DNA of 43,900 nucleotides, counting the filler, from Jimgerdemannia flammicorona (lineage: Eukaryota), in NCBI GenBank assembly GCA_003990765.1. It is 2 parts of 2 records of this genome, joined end to end, with 100 filler letters (N's around TTAATTAATTAA, not from the genome) between each part and the next. Parts side by side here need not be neighbours in the genome. Positions count along the whole stretch, not along the records: positions 1 to 21,904 come from RBNJ01001370.1; positions 22,005 to 43,900 come from RBNJ01001371.1. One strand, 5' to 3'. The position numbers and the translations under genes are program-made. How positions within the stretch are numbered: position 1 is the first letter of the stretch; each line of letters starts with the position of its first letter. A model generated the notes under the pieces. That model saw nothing but the letters and a program-made list of their open reading frames with translations, was not told where the DNA came from and made no database searches. Of this stretch, positions 11,834 to 25,127 are shown in pieces.

Positions 11834-12576
11834 ATGCAACGCTCCTTCTCTCTTCTCCTCGTGTTGGCTTTCGTCACCTTCGCCAGTGCTGCTAATGTTG
11901 CCATCTCCGTTGGCAGTGATGGGCTGAAATACACCCCAGCGGACGCGACTGTCAGCGTCGGCGATAACGTTACGTGGACCTTCGTGGGTGAGTTGGCTTT
12001 GGAAAATTCGGTTTGGAATTGATATATGTCTTCTACGTTCTCACCGAGTCTTGTTCTATGTCATGATTCAGGTAGTCACACCGTAACTCAAAGCAGCGCC
12101 AAGGGCGGCTGCAGCGCTCTGACCAGCGGCTTCGCGTCTCCCACACAGTCCTCCGGCACCTTCTCCTGGATCGTCACCGGTACCGGTCCCGTACGTACCA
12201 TCGCTGACCACCACTCCTGTTTGTGTTCCTGATATTGTGCCTCATTCTTATTTTCTCCTTTCCTGCGACGACCCGTCTCTAGTGGTACTACTACTGTGCC
12301 GTCAACGGCCACTGCGCCGCCGGGATGGTTGGCTCCCTTACCCTCGCCAGCACCTCCGCCAATGGTACTGCCAGCACCAAGTCCGCCGCCTCCGGATCCA
12401 TGACCACTGGATCCGTGACCGGATCCGCCTCTGACACCGCTTCCTCCTCTGGCACCTCTTCCTCCTCCTCCTCCACCCCGACGTCAAGCAAGGTCTCCGC
12501 TGCCGTTGGTCAGATCCAAACTAGCTGGGTCGTCTTTGCGCTTGTAGTGGTGGCGTTGACGGCCATGCTGGTGTAA
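11834..12576 (+). CDS. Secreted, probably GPI-anchored cupredoxin-domain Ser/Thr-rich protein (3 exons: 11834-11987, 12072-12190, 12283-12576)
   Basis: Signal peptide. GTGAGT..CAG and GTACGT..TAG introns splice in phase. Type-1 copper ligand pattern SHTVTQS...WYYYCAVNGHCAAGMV, then an S/T-rich stalk and a hydrophobic C-terminus. Confidence 0.9.
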
Positions 12577-15121
12577 TGGAACAGGCTAAATCTGTAAAAA
12601 GTACATGCCTCAACGCATGGGTACGATCAATATATCAATCATTTATATAAAAATTCGTGCAGGTGGCGGTTTTAATCGAACGTTGGGTTAGCGCAAGAAT
12701 GTGATGCATGCCTCCAAAGCTGCCCCACCTAACTGGAACTGGTGAGCCCATATTGTTCTCACAAACTCCCTAGTCATTCACAAACCGACTCATAACATTA
12801 AACCGACCCAAATCGTAATGAGCCGGATTGTAAAGGTCATCGTTTTTACACTTCCCAGAAACATCCATATATATATCGTCTTTCCCACGGCTAGTCTTTA
12901 GGAGAAGGGCGGTGACTTGACTCATTTTATTAAAGGCCTACAGCCCTCGTTTTTGCTCGACTACTACAAATAACACCTGAATCTACCACCAACTCCATAC
13001 TTCGCCTGAAATTCTTCTGGACATCGCCAAGCTTCTCCCAGTTTCTGACCTCGCGTTCTCTCTTGTATACTGGTGGTGGAGCGCCACTTCGTCAGTCTTA
13101 TAACTGGGGCTATCAGGAGACCTAGTTCGATGCTCACATGATGTCAAGGTTATGGAAAACTGGCAATTCCGGACCGCGTCTGTCCGAAGGATGGCTGCCA
13201 CAGGAACCAAGATGGGAAGACTTTTTTTTTTTTTGCGAATGGCGGGATTCATGGTGTTGTATATACTGGGTAAGCTAATTTGTTGATGTATTGAGCAGAA
13301 TGCGGACTGATGCCCAGATTGTGTTATTTAAAAAATATGACTGTCGGCAACATTTATTGTGTGTGACCTCAATATATTGCACGAATTATCTCGGATTTCG
13401 GGTAGCACAGACCGTTTCGACCAATGCACCGAGCAACCTTGAACTTTTTTGCGAGATTCGGTCTTTCCTAGTTACAGGTCGTCTCTTTGACCGGGGAGAT
13501 ACCATTCATTACTTTCCAGAAACCCTTACGCGCCAGTATGATGGAATGCCGCCGTCATCAACCGCATGTACGGCTAATTCCATTGGCCAAAAGAAAACAC
13601 CTGCCATTCAATCACCAATTTTAAGCATCTCGCCAATCGGTCTGTTCAATCGGACGACCTACGGCCATCACCCTTAAACTATATAAAGTATTGCAGTAAA
13701 CCTTCCTTCCAAAGATCACCACGATTGCCCTACCCGCCTGTCCGTGTGCCACGCGGTATATACTATCTCCCAGCGTACGGACGGACATGTGGCCCGAGCG
13801 TTCGCTCAGAGAAGATCATTGGACATATGGACCCCCTCCCTTCGGTATACCGTAGGAATATGACGGGTCAAATATGTGTAACCTTGTGCCTCTCTTTTAC
13901 GTCGCTTTGCAATTAGCGACTTCATCTCGTTTTCGCACCCACCCACCTCCCTGCTTACTGTATTCACCTACCTGTCGGGTTCGTTTACGCCGAACTGACC
14001 ATTCGCCAAGCAATGTCGATTTTCCGACTTGCTGCGATATTCGCCAAAAAATAAATACGACATGTATACAATGCGGTTGCGAGGGGCACGAGAGTTGACA
14101 GGCACATAAGGCATCATCACCAGACAGCTTGGGTGTGAAATAATCACGTGGTCGGATCGCAAGGTTGCTACATAGGAAGTGTGTAAAAAAAGGGAGTTTT
14201 TCAAGTAGTGTTTGTGGTTGTTTTGTGTTTGCATAAAAAGTCCGAGATATGTTACAGAAGTGTAATTTGCAAAAAGAGCCAAAAGTGCCTAAATTGGGAG
14301 CATGTGGAATTTGTTTTTGTTTTGGCCACAAAAAGAAAATTCAGACCGACTAATGTCAAGACCGCAGATGTTAGCACTCTTCAATTTCAGCCTTAATCAA
14401 GGGTTTGCTTGTACTTTGCAGGCTTCGGAGGGTTCAATTGCTCAGGTGTCATTGGACGCTGGGCCAACCGGCCTTGTCAGTGGTGATGCAGCGGCAGAGT
14501 AAGGATGACTGGGGGGTTTGTGATTAGGTGAGTATTTTTCCCCTGTGAAAGAAGCTAACATCTGCATCCCAAATGTTCCCTGCGTTTCCAGAAACTCAAT
14601 CTACTGCTCCAACTTATTCATCAGCTTCTTACTTTCCTTCAGCACTATCATGTACTTACTTGTTGTCCGTCTGCTCATGCTCCGTCGAGTTAGTTCGAAG
14701 CGACCCCAAAGTTGCGGTCTCCTAGTGGCGTTGTGTGGGGGGAGGACATTACCTCCCAACCGACGAAGGGATGTGGAACACCAAATTTACGAGTGAAGCG
14801 CGCTCCAGGTGTGGGAATGGGAAGCTCTCGTCGGGGCACGACTGATAACACTGGTCGTGTTCAATTCGTATATGTATTTTCTCATGTTCAAGAATATACA
14901 TTCGCATATAAATATTATTTGTTCGCAATGTTTTATTATTATACGGACAAAACCTCCATATCGGGAGAAGGAAAAGCTCATTCCTTTCATAAATTATATT
15001 CCGTTCCGTCGACAATATGTTATGCTCTCCAATTCCAAATCGTTCTCTTCCATGCTCATTACGATAAATACCGACAATCATCACACACCTCCCCCACCTC
15101 TATCACATCCAACCGTCCACG

Positions 15122-16302
15122 CTACGCCCGTTCGCCCCCCTCCGGCGCGTTCGTTAACCCGGCAAGCTCTTCCGATATCTCCCATAGCCTTTTAGCAACG
15201 TCCCTGTCGTGCGCGACAGCTTTCGGCTCGACCTGGCGGCACGAGTCCCAATACTTTGCATTGGACGCGCCGGCCTTGTCCGACACGGCGCAGTGCACCG
15301 TCGTCATCGCACCCTGCACACAGTCGCGCGCCGCTAGCGTCGCCACTCTGAAGACCAATTTAAGGTACCAGGGACGGTCCTCGCGGAACCAGATATCTGA
15401 GGTAGGGAGTGTGTGGTTTGAGATGGGAATTCCGTGGAGCGTGGAAAGAAATCCAAGCTGACTCACCTGATTTCACAAACCCTGGATGCAGTGCGTGCGT
15501 GATAATTCCCGGCTCCTTCCTGGCCAGCTCTTCGGTGAACAAAATGTTCATGAGCTTGGTGTCGCTGTAGGCTTTGAGCGCTCGGTACGATCCGGGCTTC
15601 GCGTACTGCAGGTTGCCGAAGTTGATCACACCGTCGAAGTGGCCGACCGACGAGACATTGATCACCCGCGGGGACGCCGCCCGCCGGAGCTGCGGAAGGA
15701 GGAGGTTCGTAAGCAGGAGAGGAGAGAGGTGGTTCACTTGGAGTCTGTGAATGGGGAATTAATGACGTGAATAAAAATGAAGGGGAGGTTCTGCAGCAAA
15801 CAACTTTATGACGAACCCAAGTAATGGAAAGGAACCAAGCACTCACGTCATTTCTATCCCATCGCCCGTTATGGCTTTCTCCATCATCACCAACCCAGCA
15901 TTATTTATCAACAAATCGAGCTTCTCATGCTCCTTCCCGAACCGTTCTGCAAATGCGTGGATGCTCGCGAACGAGCTCAGATCCAGGGGCCAGCTCTCAA
16001 CGCCCTTGTTACCCGTCGTCTCGACGATGTCGGCCGCGGCGAGCGCGCCCTTCTCCTCGTTGCGGCAAGCCAGGATAACATGCGCGTGCATTTGCGCAAG
16101 CATCCGCGCTGTTTCAAGGCCAATGCCTTTTGGGAGGGGGTGATTGGGGAAGTGAGATGAATTGGGTTTTAGCGTGAGGTTTGAGGTATCTTCGGACCGA
16201 GGTACAAAATCAGAGCGAGTACCTACCCGTATTTGCGCCAGTGACAATGGCGATCTTGCCGGTCAAGTCCTTTTCTTCTACCTTCAATCTCAGTGAAATC
16301 AT
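15122..16302 (-). CDS. Short-chain dehydrogenase/reductase, retinol dehydrogenase/WWOX-like (4 exons: 16302-16227, 16126-15847, 15744-15467, 15396-15122)
   Basis: IVTGANTGIG Rossmann motif spanning intron 1, LINNAG, NVSS, catalytic YSDTK, HPGFV and C-terminal AKRLWEISEEL. All three GT-AG introns are in phase. Confidence 0.93.
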
Positions 16303-17057
16303 TTTTTTTTATTTTTTTTTGCGCAGAAGAGATGTAAAGAAACAGGAGGACGAAATTTGCGGTTATAAAGTGCACGTCGCACAGAGAACTTGTTACGTAA
16401 TTATATGCGGCCGGAACCCGGGGAATTAACTCCAGTTTTGGGTATTTGGGAGAACGTGGGCAAAGCAACCCTATTTTGTAGTATGCGAAATGCGAAACTT
16501 TGTAATTGACTCATCTTTTCCGTCGTGCCGACAAGCCGATCGACCAAATTGTATCTGTGCCGTAAGTGCGTAGGATTTTACCCCCAAGTTCGTCAGAGCA
16601 ATGGACGCAACCCCACCCCCTATTCTTTCCAACTGTTTTTAATTATTGCGCATAAAACTTCTGCGAATAACTAATCTTCATATGGAGCTTATTAACATTC
16701 GTAGCGATAAATAGTGATGTATTGAGAACGGCACAATATTACCCGGTGAGCTTGGGCTAAAAGTGGTGACTAATTCCCGTGTTACCCCATCGACTTTACA
16801 AATCACAATGATCCATTATTGTCATCGATATACCGAACTCCCATTGAGCATGAATGAGCACCTACGAATTATCGTAAAGTAGAATCATGAAAACTGTTCC
16901 AAAGAGATGATCTGGTAGCATAAAAAGCTCTTTGATTTATATACTTATTAACGGGAAAAAAAGAGACAATAAAAACTATAATACAACGGAAGGATGGCAA
17001 AGAATAGGGACGACCAAAATTCATGTCAATAAAGACAAAGATACCTAGTATTCTGCA

Positions 17058-20000
17058 CTATGACGTAGCTCCGTCAGCAACCACACCTGTCGCCGCCGAT
17101 TGCCCCTCTGTAACGGCACGACTTCCCAAAAGCTGCAAAAGCACCTTGATTTGTTCTCGCTGCTCCGCCACCGTCTGCTGCGTCTGGTCCAGTGCCTCCG
17201 CCCTCATCTTCAATTCCCCCTTCAACACCCTAACTTCCTCAGGCTCCAATCCGGCCTCCACCTCGCGCTCCTTCTCCCAATACTTGATAGTATCCGGATC
17301 TGCGCCGTAAAAGATGAACTCGGGGAACCAATGCGGGTTTCTTCGTTCGAACGGTAGCAGCATGGTGCGCTCAATCTCGACGATGACCTGGGCGAGCTCG
17401 CGCAGCCATCGACGCTTGCCCTGCTCGCGAGCCATGTTGATAACGTCGCTGAGGATGGCGATGAGCACGTTGAGCATCATGATGACAGTGATGAAGGAGA
17501 AGGCAATCTTGATAATGTCTACCAATGGGTCGCCGTCCCATGGCGAGATCGAACTGTAGTCCCCGGTCAGAAATAGGTAAGTCGATTTCAGTGACTCATC
17601 AAATCGCACGAACTTGTTCACCGTGTCCATTGGTTGCTGAAGCGTTATGCTGATGCTATTGCCGATGAAACCCGTGAGGGGCGCGGGGGGAGGGATGACT
17701 TGACCGCGAAGATAGATGAAGAGGCCGTTCGCAAAGGCTATGAAGCAGTGATGGCAGTTTGAGTGAGTCGTTTATGGACAACAGGAAGGTTTCCCGAAAT
17801 TATTTATCGAATGTCTGATTCACTTACCGAGGACCAGCAGCGCCAAAATCATCAGGAAAGTTCCCACCTGTTTAAGAAGCTCCCACAAAATGTCCACGTA
17901 TGTGCCAATGGCACGGAACACTCTTAGCTGGAGCAACGTGTGGACCCACACCAGAATGACCGTGAGAGACAGCACCCAATTCTGCTGCGGAAGGTTCGGA
18001 TTCTGGATAGTTGGCACTGCCGACGCGATCGTGAGCCCGATCGTCAGCAAATCAAACCAATTATACCACGACCTAACGTACCGCAGTCGCTCCGATATCG
18101 CCTGCATAATCTCATGACACAAATTCGCTACAGAAAACAGCACGACGATAACCATAAGCGCTAACGCCGTCTGCGGGTACGCTCCCACAGGGTCAGATAC
18201 CATGACCGCTGCGGCGAAGAAAGCAGAGCTATTGACGAGATGCGGAATCATACGTAACCATATCCATCGTGTCCTGGCGAAGGTTCGCCACTTGAACATG
18301 ATGGTTGCCTCCATCATGGGCAGATCAAAGATATCGTCGCTATCAAACAGGTAATCGACGACAGCGGTAAAGGGACTGCGCGGGTGGATCCAGCTGTCGC
18401 GGTAGGTGAGGTTGACATAGCTACCGAAATGGGGGAGCGGGTTAACGCACAGCACCGTTGAATCCCCCCGCAGCGGGAAAAGGCCCGTCAAGTCCAGATC
18501 CGGGGGCTGGAACACTTCGCAAAGGTACCGCCGCACCAGGAACAAGCGCCACGCCCACTCGGAGTTGACGTCAATCAGGCACGCTGCAGGTGAAAGCGAC
18601 GTCATTTCCTGGCCCGAGATGTACTTGGTTGCAACGCGGCTGAGATCGTCCGCGGCAGTGAGAGTGAAAGGGGATGCCACACAGGCGGCCGTGTGGAGGA
18701 AGGTAAGCGCGACCTTTGGGGAACCCACGCAGAGAAGGTTCCAGCCGGCTGTCACGGAGCGCAGGTAGGCAGGACGGGTGGTCATGGATCGGAGGAAGTA
18801 GGGGAGCAGGATCTTGGCCTGTGGGCTCGAGCTCGAGGACAGTTTTTTGCTGGTGTCGGCGGACATGGGGAAGTCGGAGTGGGCCATGGGTGAGGTGCTG
18901 ATGTACAGATCGTTGGATTGCAGGAGCTCGAGGATGAAATTCACACCTTGGTCGAAGACCCGCTTGTGCGCTGAGGTGTACGCGGTCGAGTCGGCGATGT
19001 AGCGGTCGATGCCAATTAGCATGTTGAAGTGCACGATACCCAGAACCCGGATGATGGGATACTCCTTGACGCACTCCGTGATCCTCACCTGGCAGCCGTG
19101 AAGGAGGGTGTCAAAGAGGGGCAAACCGGCGATCGTGGAACACGCCGCGGTGGACTGGAGGAGATGAACAAAGGTCTCAAATGTCCTCAGTGCTGTCTTA
19201 TACACGGACGTCGTCGTTAAATGCAGTGGAACATCCTCCACAATGCGGTTCGCACCATGCTGCCGAACGATCTGAATACGACTAATCTTCCTCTTCTTGG
19301 GCGATATAAACGCGTCAACGGGACCTTGCGCATCCCCTTCTTCATACATGACGTTAACATCTCCTCCAGCAATGATCTGCGCGTACTCAAGCACGGCAGT
19401 CCTGTCGTCGTCGACGCGCCACAACTGGAAGTAGGTCTTGTCGGCGACGAAGAAGTGATTGGGACCGTCGAGGAATTTGACCTTGAATATACATTTGGTG
19501 GAGTCGGTGCACCATCCCAAGGGGAGGTCGAATATGACCTCGCCGCCGTACAGCAGATTGATCCGCCAAGACTCGTGCTCGCCGTCGTTCACCATCACCT
19601 CTAGCGAGCGCGTGCCGTCTTCGGAGTAAACGACCGTCTTCTCGGTTCGGCTTTCGGTCTCATGCGAGAACCAGCGTTGCATAACGTTTCCGTGAGTAGT
19701 TGGGATCTCGTCGCTGGGTGACAGGGGGGTAAATCAAATTGAATGGGGAGCGTGATTTGCGTGAAAAATGGGTATTAGAAAATCTTAAAAATACATACCC
19801 TTCCTTCATGAGCTTTGGCTCGGTGTAATCTTCTGTTGGATTAATCGCCTCATCCAAGGGTGATATCGCTTCCAACGCCCATGTTGTACCTTGCCGAAGT
19901 ATGATGCACCAATACTCATCGCTCCGAAATACTCCCTCAATGTTCTGCATCGGAAGGTTCAAGTGAACCTGTGGATCTTCATTACTGTAAAAGTTCCATC

Positions 20001-21193
20001 GGTAGAGTTGCGTCGACGGGGGGTAGTGGCCGACCCCGAGGGTCATGGTGATGCAACTGTCATTATGCGTGAAGGCGAAGTACTTGAGATGCGGCGTAAT
20101 CCTCTCCCTCTCACCCACCTTTACGGATGTCAGCTCGACCAGATTTTCCAGCAGGATGACACGGATGTAGTACGCCTTCGTCTCAGCGTCGATGCCAAAC
20201 GTCGCCAACATCCTGTTTCCGCGCGACAGTGCATAATCGATGGGCCGGAAATTGATTGGCATGAGCAGCTCGGCCATATGGAGGGAATGCAGGCTGGCGA
20301 AGTTGTCGCGGTCGATAGCGTTGGTGCTGTAGTACTTCTCGGTGAGCCTCCAAGAAGCGCGACGGAGATATAGAGATTTTGGGACGTCGTTGGCATATCG
20401 GTGAATTATGTTTTGTATGTGCGAATCGTATACGAGGATGAGGGCCTTGTCGCTGTCGGATATGACGAGGTTTTCGATGTCGCCCTGATCATCGTATGCG
20501 AACCACGCCTTGTTGGATTGCAAGTTGGAGAGGGCGATGTGCACCACGTTACGGCGCCCGTCGTCGAGGACCGTGTGCGTGACGGCCCCGTGATGGAGAC
20601 TGGAACTTTTGGAAACGCCGTAGATGACGTAGCTACCGCAGTTGGAGATCGCGAGCGCACCAAGGTAGCTGCTATGCGTGTTGACGGAGACGGTGGTTTG
20701 GAAGAGCTTCGAGTATCGGAAGTCAGGCTCAAATCCCACCGTCCACCATACAATTGTCATGGTTGGGTGGTGACTTGCGCCGTGGAAGGTTACGAGTCGG
20801 TGGCCGTCGGTCGATGGTTCGGCTCTTAGCATGGGTGGAAGGCTGGGTGATGAAAAAAGAATGGGAGATAGTGTTGGCGGTGGCATGGGTATGCGAATTG
20901 GAGACGCGATAAAAAGCCAATGAAGCATGGAAACCGTACTCATTTTCCCCGTTTTCGTCGATGTTTGTGATTTTATGTTTTTTAAATACATCGCTCGAAT
21001 TTTCCATCTGCACCACCCATGTTTCGCGTTTAGGTTTGGTGATGACGGGTTCGGTTGTGTCGACTTCAATCAACCGAACGCTGCTAGGAGACGTCATGCC
21101 TTTGCGGAAAGTTGGTTGAGACAGCTCGAGAGGGCTAGTTCTGGCAGAGCGGGAGAGATATGAGCTAGAAAATAATTGAAGGAACTTTGACAT
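17058..21193 (-). CDS. TRP-like cation channel with a long N-terminal beta-rich (propeller-like) region, ~1281 aa (exons 21193-20940, 20824-19799, 19713-17828, 17737-17058)
   Basis: Exons sum to 3846 nt with in-phase GT-AG introns. Channel motifs: IFDLPMMEATIMFKW, SWYNWFDL, LRVFRAIGTYV, pore LKSTYLFLTGD, S6 IMMLNVLIAILS and TRP-box-like WLRELAQVIVEIE, followed by a coiled-coil-like tail. The start could instead be Met 21097, and the intron-1 acceptor is the least certain. Confidence 0.85.
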
Positions 21194-21765
21194 GTTTGCC
21201 CTTTTAAATAGCACGCCACTCTTTTTTTCGCACGTTGGCGAAACGACTCAAATGAGGGGGACCCAGCCACACGGCTCCCCTGATTTAAGCCTGTTGGCCA
21301 AATTAGATCACTAAGGCAACTCGGGTTCGGTCCTTTACAAACAACTACTCCAAAACATCCCCCCCAAAACAACCACATCTCACGTCTCTCCTTTTTGAAG
21401 AACTCTCTCAGCTTTCGGCCTCCATGGCCCAACGATTATCTGACTAGTGTTTTTGATTGTCATTCAAAACCTCGCTATGTTCGCGCTTGGAGCAAATTTG
21501 TGGAGTCGTCGCTCGCTATTTTTAGATCCGGCCATAGCAACCACCGAATGGCATTGACAGCGAGATGCGGTGACGATATATGCAGCTTTAATTTTCCTCG
21601 TGTACCGTGTCATAAAATGGATGAACCGGCAAACTCCGAGAATATGCAGGATAGTGTTTTTGGGCATGCCCATAATGCGGGGACTATAGTGCAGATGGTT
21701 GTAAGCATTCCTTGCCCACAATGACATTTATTTTTATCTTCATTGATAAGACATCTTATGTACAA

Positions 21766-21815
21766 TTTTTTTTTTTTTTTTTTTTTTTTCCAAAAAAAAA
21801 CCAATTAATTTTTTT

Positions 21816-21904
<89 letters not shown>
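21766..21904. repeat. Long poly(T) tract abutting the gap (probably a minus-strand retroposon poly(A) tail)
   Basis: More than 100 T with a short interruption. The sequence after the gap is a LINE 3' end pointing into it. Confidence 0.6.
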
Positions 21905-22004
21905 NNNNNNNNNNNNNNNNNNNNNNNNNNNNNNNNNNNNNNNNNNNNTTAATTAATTAANNNNNNNNNNNNNNNNNNNNNNNNNNNNNNNNNNNNNNNN
22001 NNNN
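21905..22004. other. Artificial 100-bp assembly spacer N44-TTAATTAATTAA-N44
   Basis: Symmetric N runs around a 12-mer that has stops in all six frames, a common contig-joining linker. Confidence 0.95.
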
Positions 22005-23079
22005 TTTTATAGTCACTTGGACTCCTTTATTCCACTAGTCTATAGAATTACACTATCCATGTTTCTCATCGATTACCCTAGAACAACAATGTACCCATCT
22101 CTCCAATATTTAAAAATAATACAAGGAAGGGCCCTTCAGCCTACACCTTCTTTCCACCTCACCCCCTTCTCTCTAAGTATGAGGTGTTCCTGACTCCTCT
22201 GGACAATGTCCAATACCTTCCTCATGGCATCCAACTGGTGCCTCTTCCCCTGATACCACCACTCTTGTACCACTTCCAAGAGCAATCCCTTCCACCACTC
22301 CACCAATTCTCCAATTCCCATCCAAGGATCTCTCTCGAACACCCATTACCAGTGCACTGCCATCAGCACCCAGATGCCAATAATCCGACCCAGGCCTCCC
22401 CAGATGTCCCCAATTTCTCCCACCAGTCGACGTTTCATCACCCGACAAGTGGGGCCCCCTGCCTGCTCACTCTCTACTCCCCAATAACCTTCTAATGTCT
22501 GCCAAAATCCTTCAACCCCTGGACAATCTGCCAGAATATGCTCTGGTGTCTGCACTACTCCCCCATCCAGCTCACAACACCACTCACACTCCTTTACACC
22601 TCCCTCCACCATCCACCCCATCCTGTACTCCAGCATGACATTCCTCTGCAAAAATCGCCACCATACTACCCAGAACTTAGGCGGGGCTATCTTGAGTAGA
22701 GAGGTCCCCCAAACCCAAATCCGGCCCCACTCCCACTCTTCTCCAAACCCAGCCTTCTGCCAACCAACTGGCCACCTCTCAAGTGGTCCCATCCATATCC
22801 ACTCCATTGCCCCAGACAAAGAATATTCTGCCAACAGGTGGCCACCAATACGAATTATACCAAATTGCTACCATTGCTGTTCTGGGTTCTCCTCTTCACT
22901 GCCAGGCTCTGGGCCCATAAGCCCCATTGCTAACCAAGCTTCTACAATACCCCACCAGAATCCCCAATAACACAACCTGCCAACCATTCCTACCTGGAGC
23001 AAACCTTGCATATCCTTCCAAATCTCACTCTGGGGGCAGAACCTAACTTCTCAATTATCCATAGCCAGTTTGCTCTAAT

Positions 23080-25113
23080 TGTAAGAGGGTTACTTTTTGG
23101 GGTAACCGTTACGTAGTTCTGGAAGGGTTTTCTGGAAGTTCTGGATATTCTGGAAGATTGTTTTCTTATGGTCAAGATCAATTTTGTATGGAGTACGTCC
23201 TCTACGCTTATTGATTTCAAGATTGGGTTGACATCTCAACCAAAGTCCTTTTTTCGGACTAGTTCTGGATGTTCAGGATTTTCTGTATTTCAGGAAGTTC
23301 AAGAAACTAAGACCAGCTTAGTTGAATTGGCGTATCACTGCAGACAATACCCAATTAGGAAATTTCGTGACAGGGTTAGGAGTATGACCTAACAGGGAGC
23401 GGATTTACTTAAGAGTGGTTTGTGGGTTATGGAATAGGTTTATTTGCTATTCATGATATTGCTATACTAGGAGTATTTGGGTGAAGGGGTATTGTGGGGA
23501 AGTGCTCAGGAGTTGTGTTCAGATTGTTCAAGTCTGAGATTCCGAGGTCTGGGGGAGGGGGTATTTATACTAGTGAGGGGCTATCTGGACTATGCTGAAT
23601 ATGGATGTAGCACTAAGTGCCTTGCTGAGTCAGAATACAGTCACGTAGTACAAGTGTGATCTGATATGTCAAGAGATTGTCTGACTGCTGAGTCAGTTCA
23701 CAGTCACGTCGTACAAGGCTAATCTATCTATACTATGACTGCTAGACTATTTATAGGTTTAGGCACTATCTGGGTAGTCTTCGATGACATCACCATCGAT
23801 TGCATCATCTCTGATGAAGTAGTCATCTAGGAAGAGTGGTTTGCGGATTACTTCTTCTTGTTGGCTGAGGTAGTAATACATTGGGACTTCGTCTCCATCC
23901 CACAGGATAGCATTGTCTGTCTTGTAGGCTGGATAAGGTGTTGGTGGGCGAAGGATGGGTGTATTGTCTTCGCTTTCATTGGATTTGCTGTCTGCGTACC
24001 TTTTATAGGTTACAGCACTATGAGTCACGGGGTTGTAGTAAGCTGGCGGCTGTGGTTCATGTTGCTCATACTCAGGTGGTGGAGTGGTTGGTTCAATCTC
24101 GAGGGTTGTCTGGAGGTACAGGTTGTGTTCTCCAGTCTCTTCATTGTAGTTGAAGTAGTCAGGGGTGAATGCGGGTTAGTATTCGTGCCAGTGGTCATTG
24201 TCCCAATAAGTCTCGTATGCAGTTATGAACTGTTGCAAGTTCATCGGCAAGGTTGGCGGAGTGATCAGGGTTGGCAGGGATCCTTGGCTGGAGGTCATGT
24301 TGGTGTCAGAGGGGTCATTGTCTTCTGCTTCATCTTCGTCGAAGTTGATTATATCATAGACGTCCTTTATGGTGTATCTGACTTGAGGCATTTGCAGGAT
24401 ATGGTCATCAGGGTACGGGAAGGTTCTGTCTGTAGTTTCGACATACTCGAGGTACTTGTGGTTGAGTTCTTGTATCATGTCATCGATTTGGCCATAGGAC
24501 AGGGTAGCAACCATTTCGCTGGTAGTAACTCGGAGGCAGGGAATAAAGGTGTTGTACTCATAGAAGAGTTCTCGATGTTTGTGAGCGATGAGCTTCTGGT
24601 GTTGAGACATCTGGGTAATGTCTGTATCATGGTGGTGTTCGACCATGTCTTCCAGGAGGCGGCCGATCTGGTAGTAGCTTGAGATTTGTCCTATTCGGTG
24701 GGCCTCACTAAGTATATTCAGGGCATTCCATCGGGCTTCCACGAAGTAGAGGGGTGCCAGGCTATGGATATTCATGAGGGGCAGAGGGGGTGTGGCTCGG
24801 TTGACAATGGCATTCCAAATGTCAGTGTGGATGCGGTTGTAGATCTCAGTGGTCATGTTTGTGTGTTTGGAAGTTGTGGTTGTTGTTTGTTTTGGTTCTC
24901 TGATTCGACGCGTCTTGGTGCTCAGTATATATGCATTTGGTCCTGATTGGTAAGGTTCCATTTGTGTAGATCTTGTGTTCTGTGACTTTGTATTGACTCA
25001 GCTTTGTGTGCTGTGACTTCGGTTTGACTCAGCTTCATGATCAAGCAGATGATTTCCAGATTTGTTTGGAGGGTGACGTGTAATTTTGGTGGCTTGGAGG
25101 TTGTGCACTTACA
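23080..25113 (-). repeat. 3' LTR (2034 bp)
   Basis: Direct repeat of 31624-33657 at a constant offset of 8544. Preceded on the minus strand by the PPT. Confidence 0.97.
23759..24856 (-). pseudogene. LTR-encoded accessory ORF, 3' LTR copy (365 codons, one premature TAA at 24178-24176)
   Basis: ORFs 24176..24961 and 23759..24028 share one frame, and the stop is CAA (Gln) in the other LTR. The ATG at 24961 is absent from the other copy, so the shared start is Met 24856 (MTTEIYNRI). Confidence 0.8.
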
Positions 25114-25114
25114 A

Positions 25115-25127
25115 CTCTCCCCTTCTT
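25115..25127 (-). other. Polypurine tract
   Basis: AAGAAGGGGAGAG immediately before the TG of the 3' LTR. Confidence 0.9.

Noticed and set aside
12600..15100. Short ORFs between the cupredoxin and SDR genes (12983..13252, 13291..13677, 13897..14331, 14712..15461)
   Set aside because: No recognisable motifs or consistent exon chain, and 14712..15461 is partly antisense to the SDR. A small gene or pseudogene cannot be excluded.
21712..21960. Poly-Phe ORF and PacI-like TTAATTAATTAA palindrome
   Set aside because: Homopolymer plus assembly linker, not biological.
23858..24682. 274-aa hydrophobic plus-strand ORF in the LTR (and 32669..33226) that looks like a membrane or env protein
   Set aside because: Antisense to the acidic LTR ORF, whose codons give Val/Phe/Ile on the other strand. 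It starts at TTG and is broken differently in the second LTR.
24857..24961. ATG 24961 as the start of the LTR ORF
   Set aside because: The other LTR has ACA here. Both are explained by decay of an ancestral ACG, so Met 24856 is preferred.
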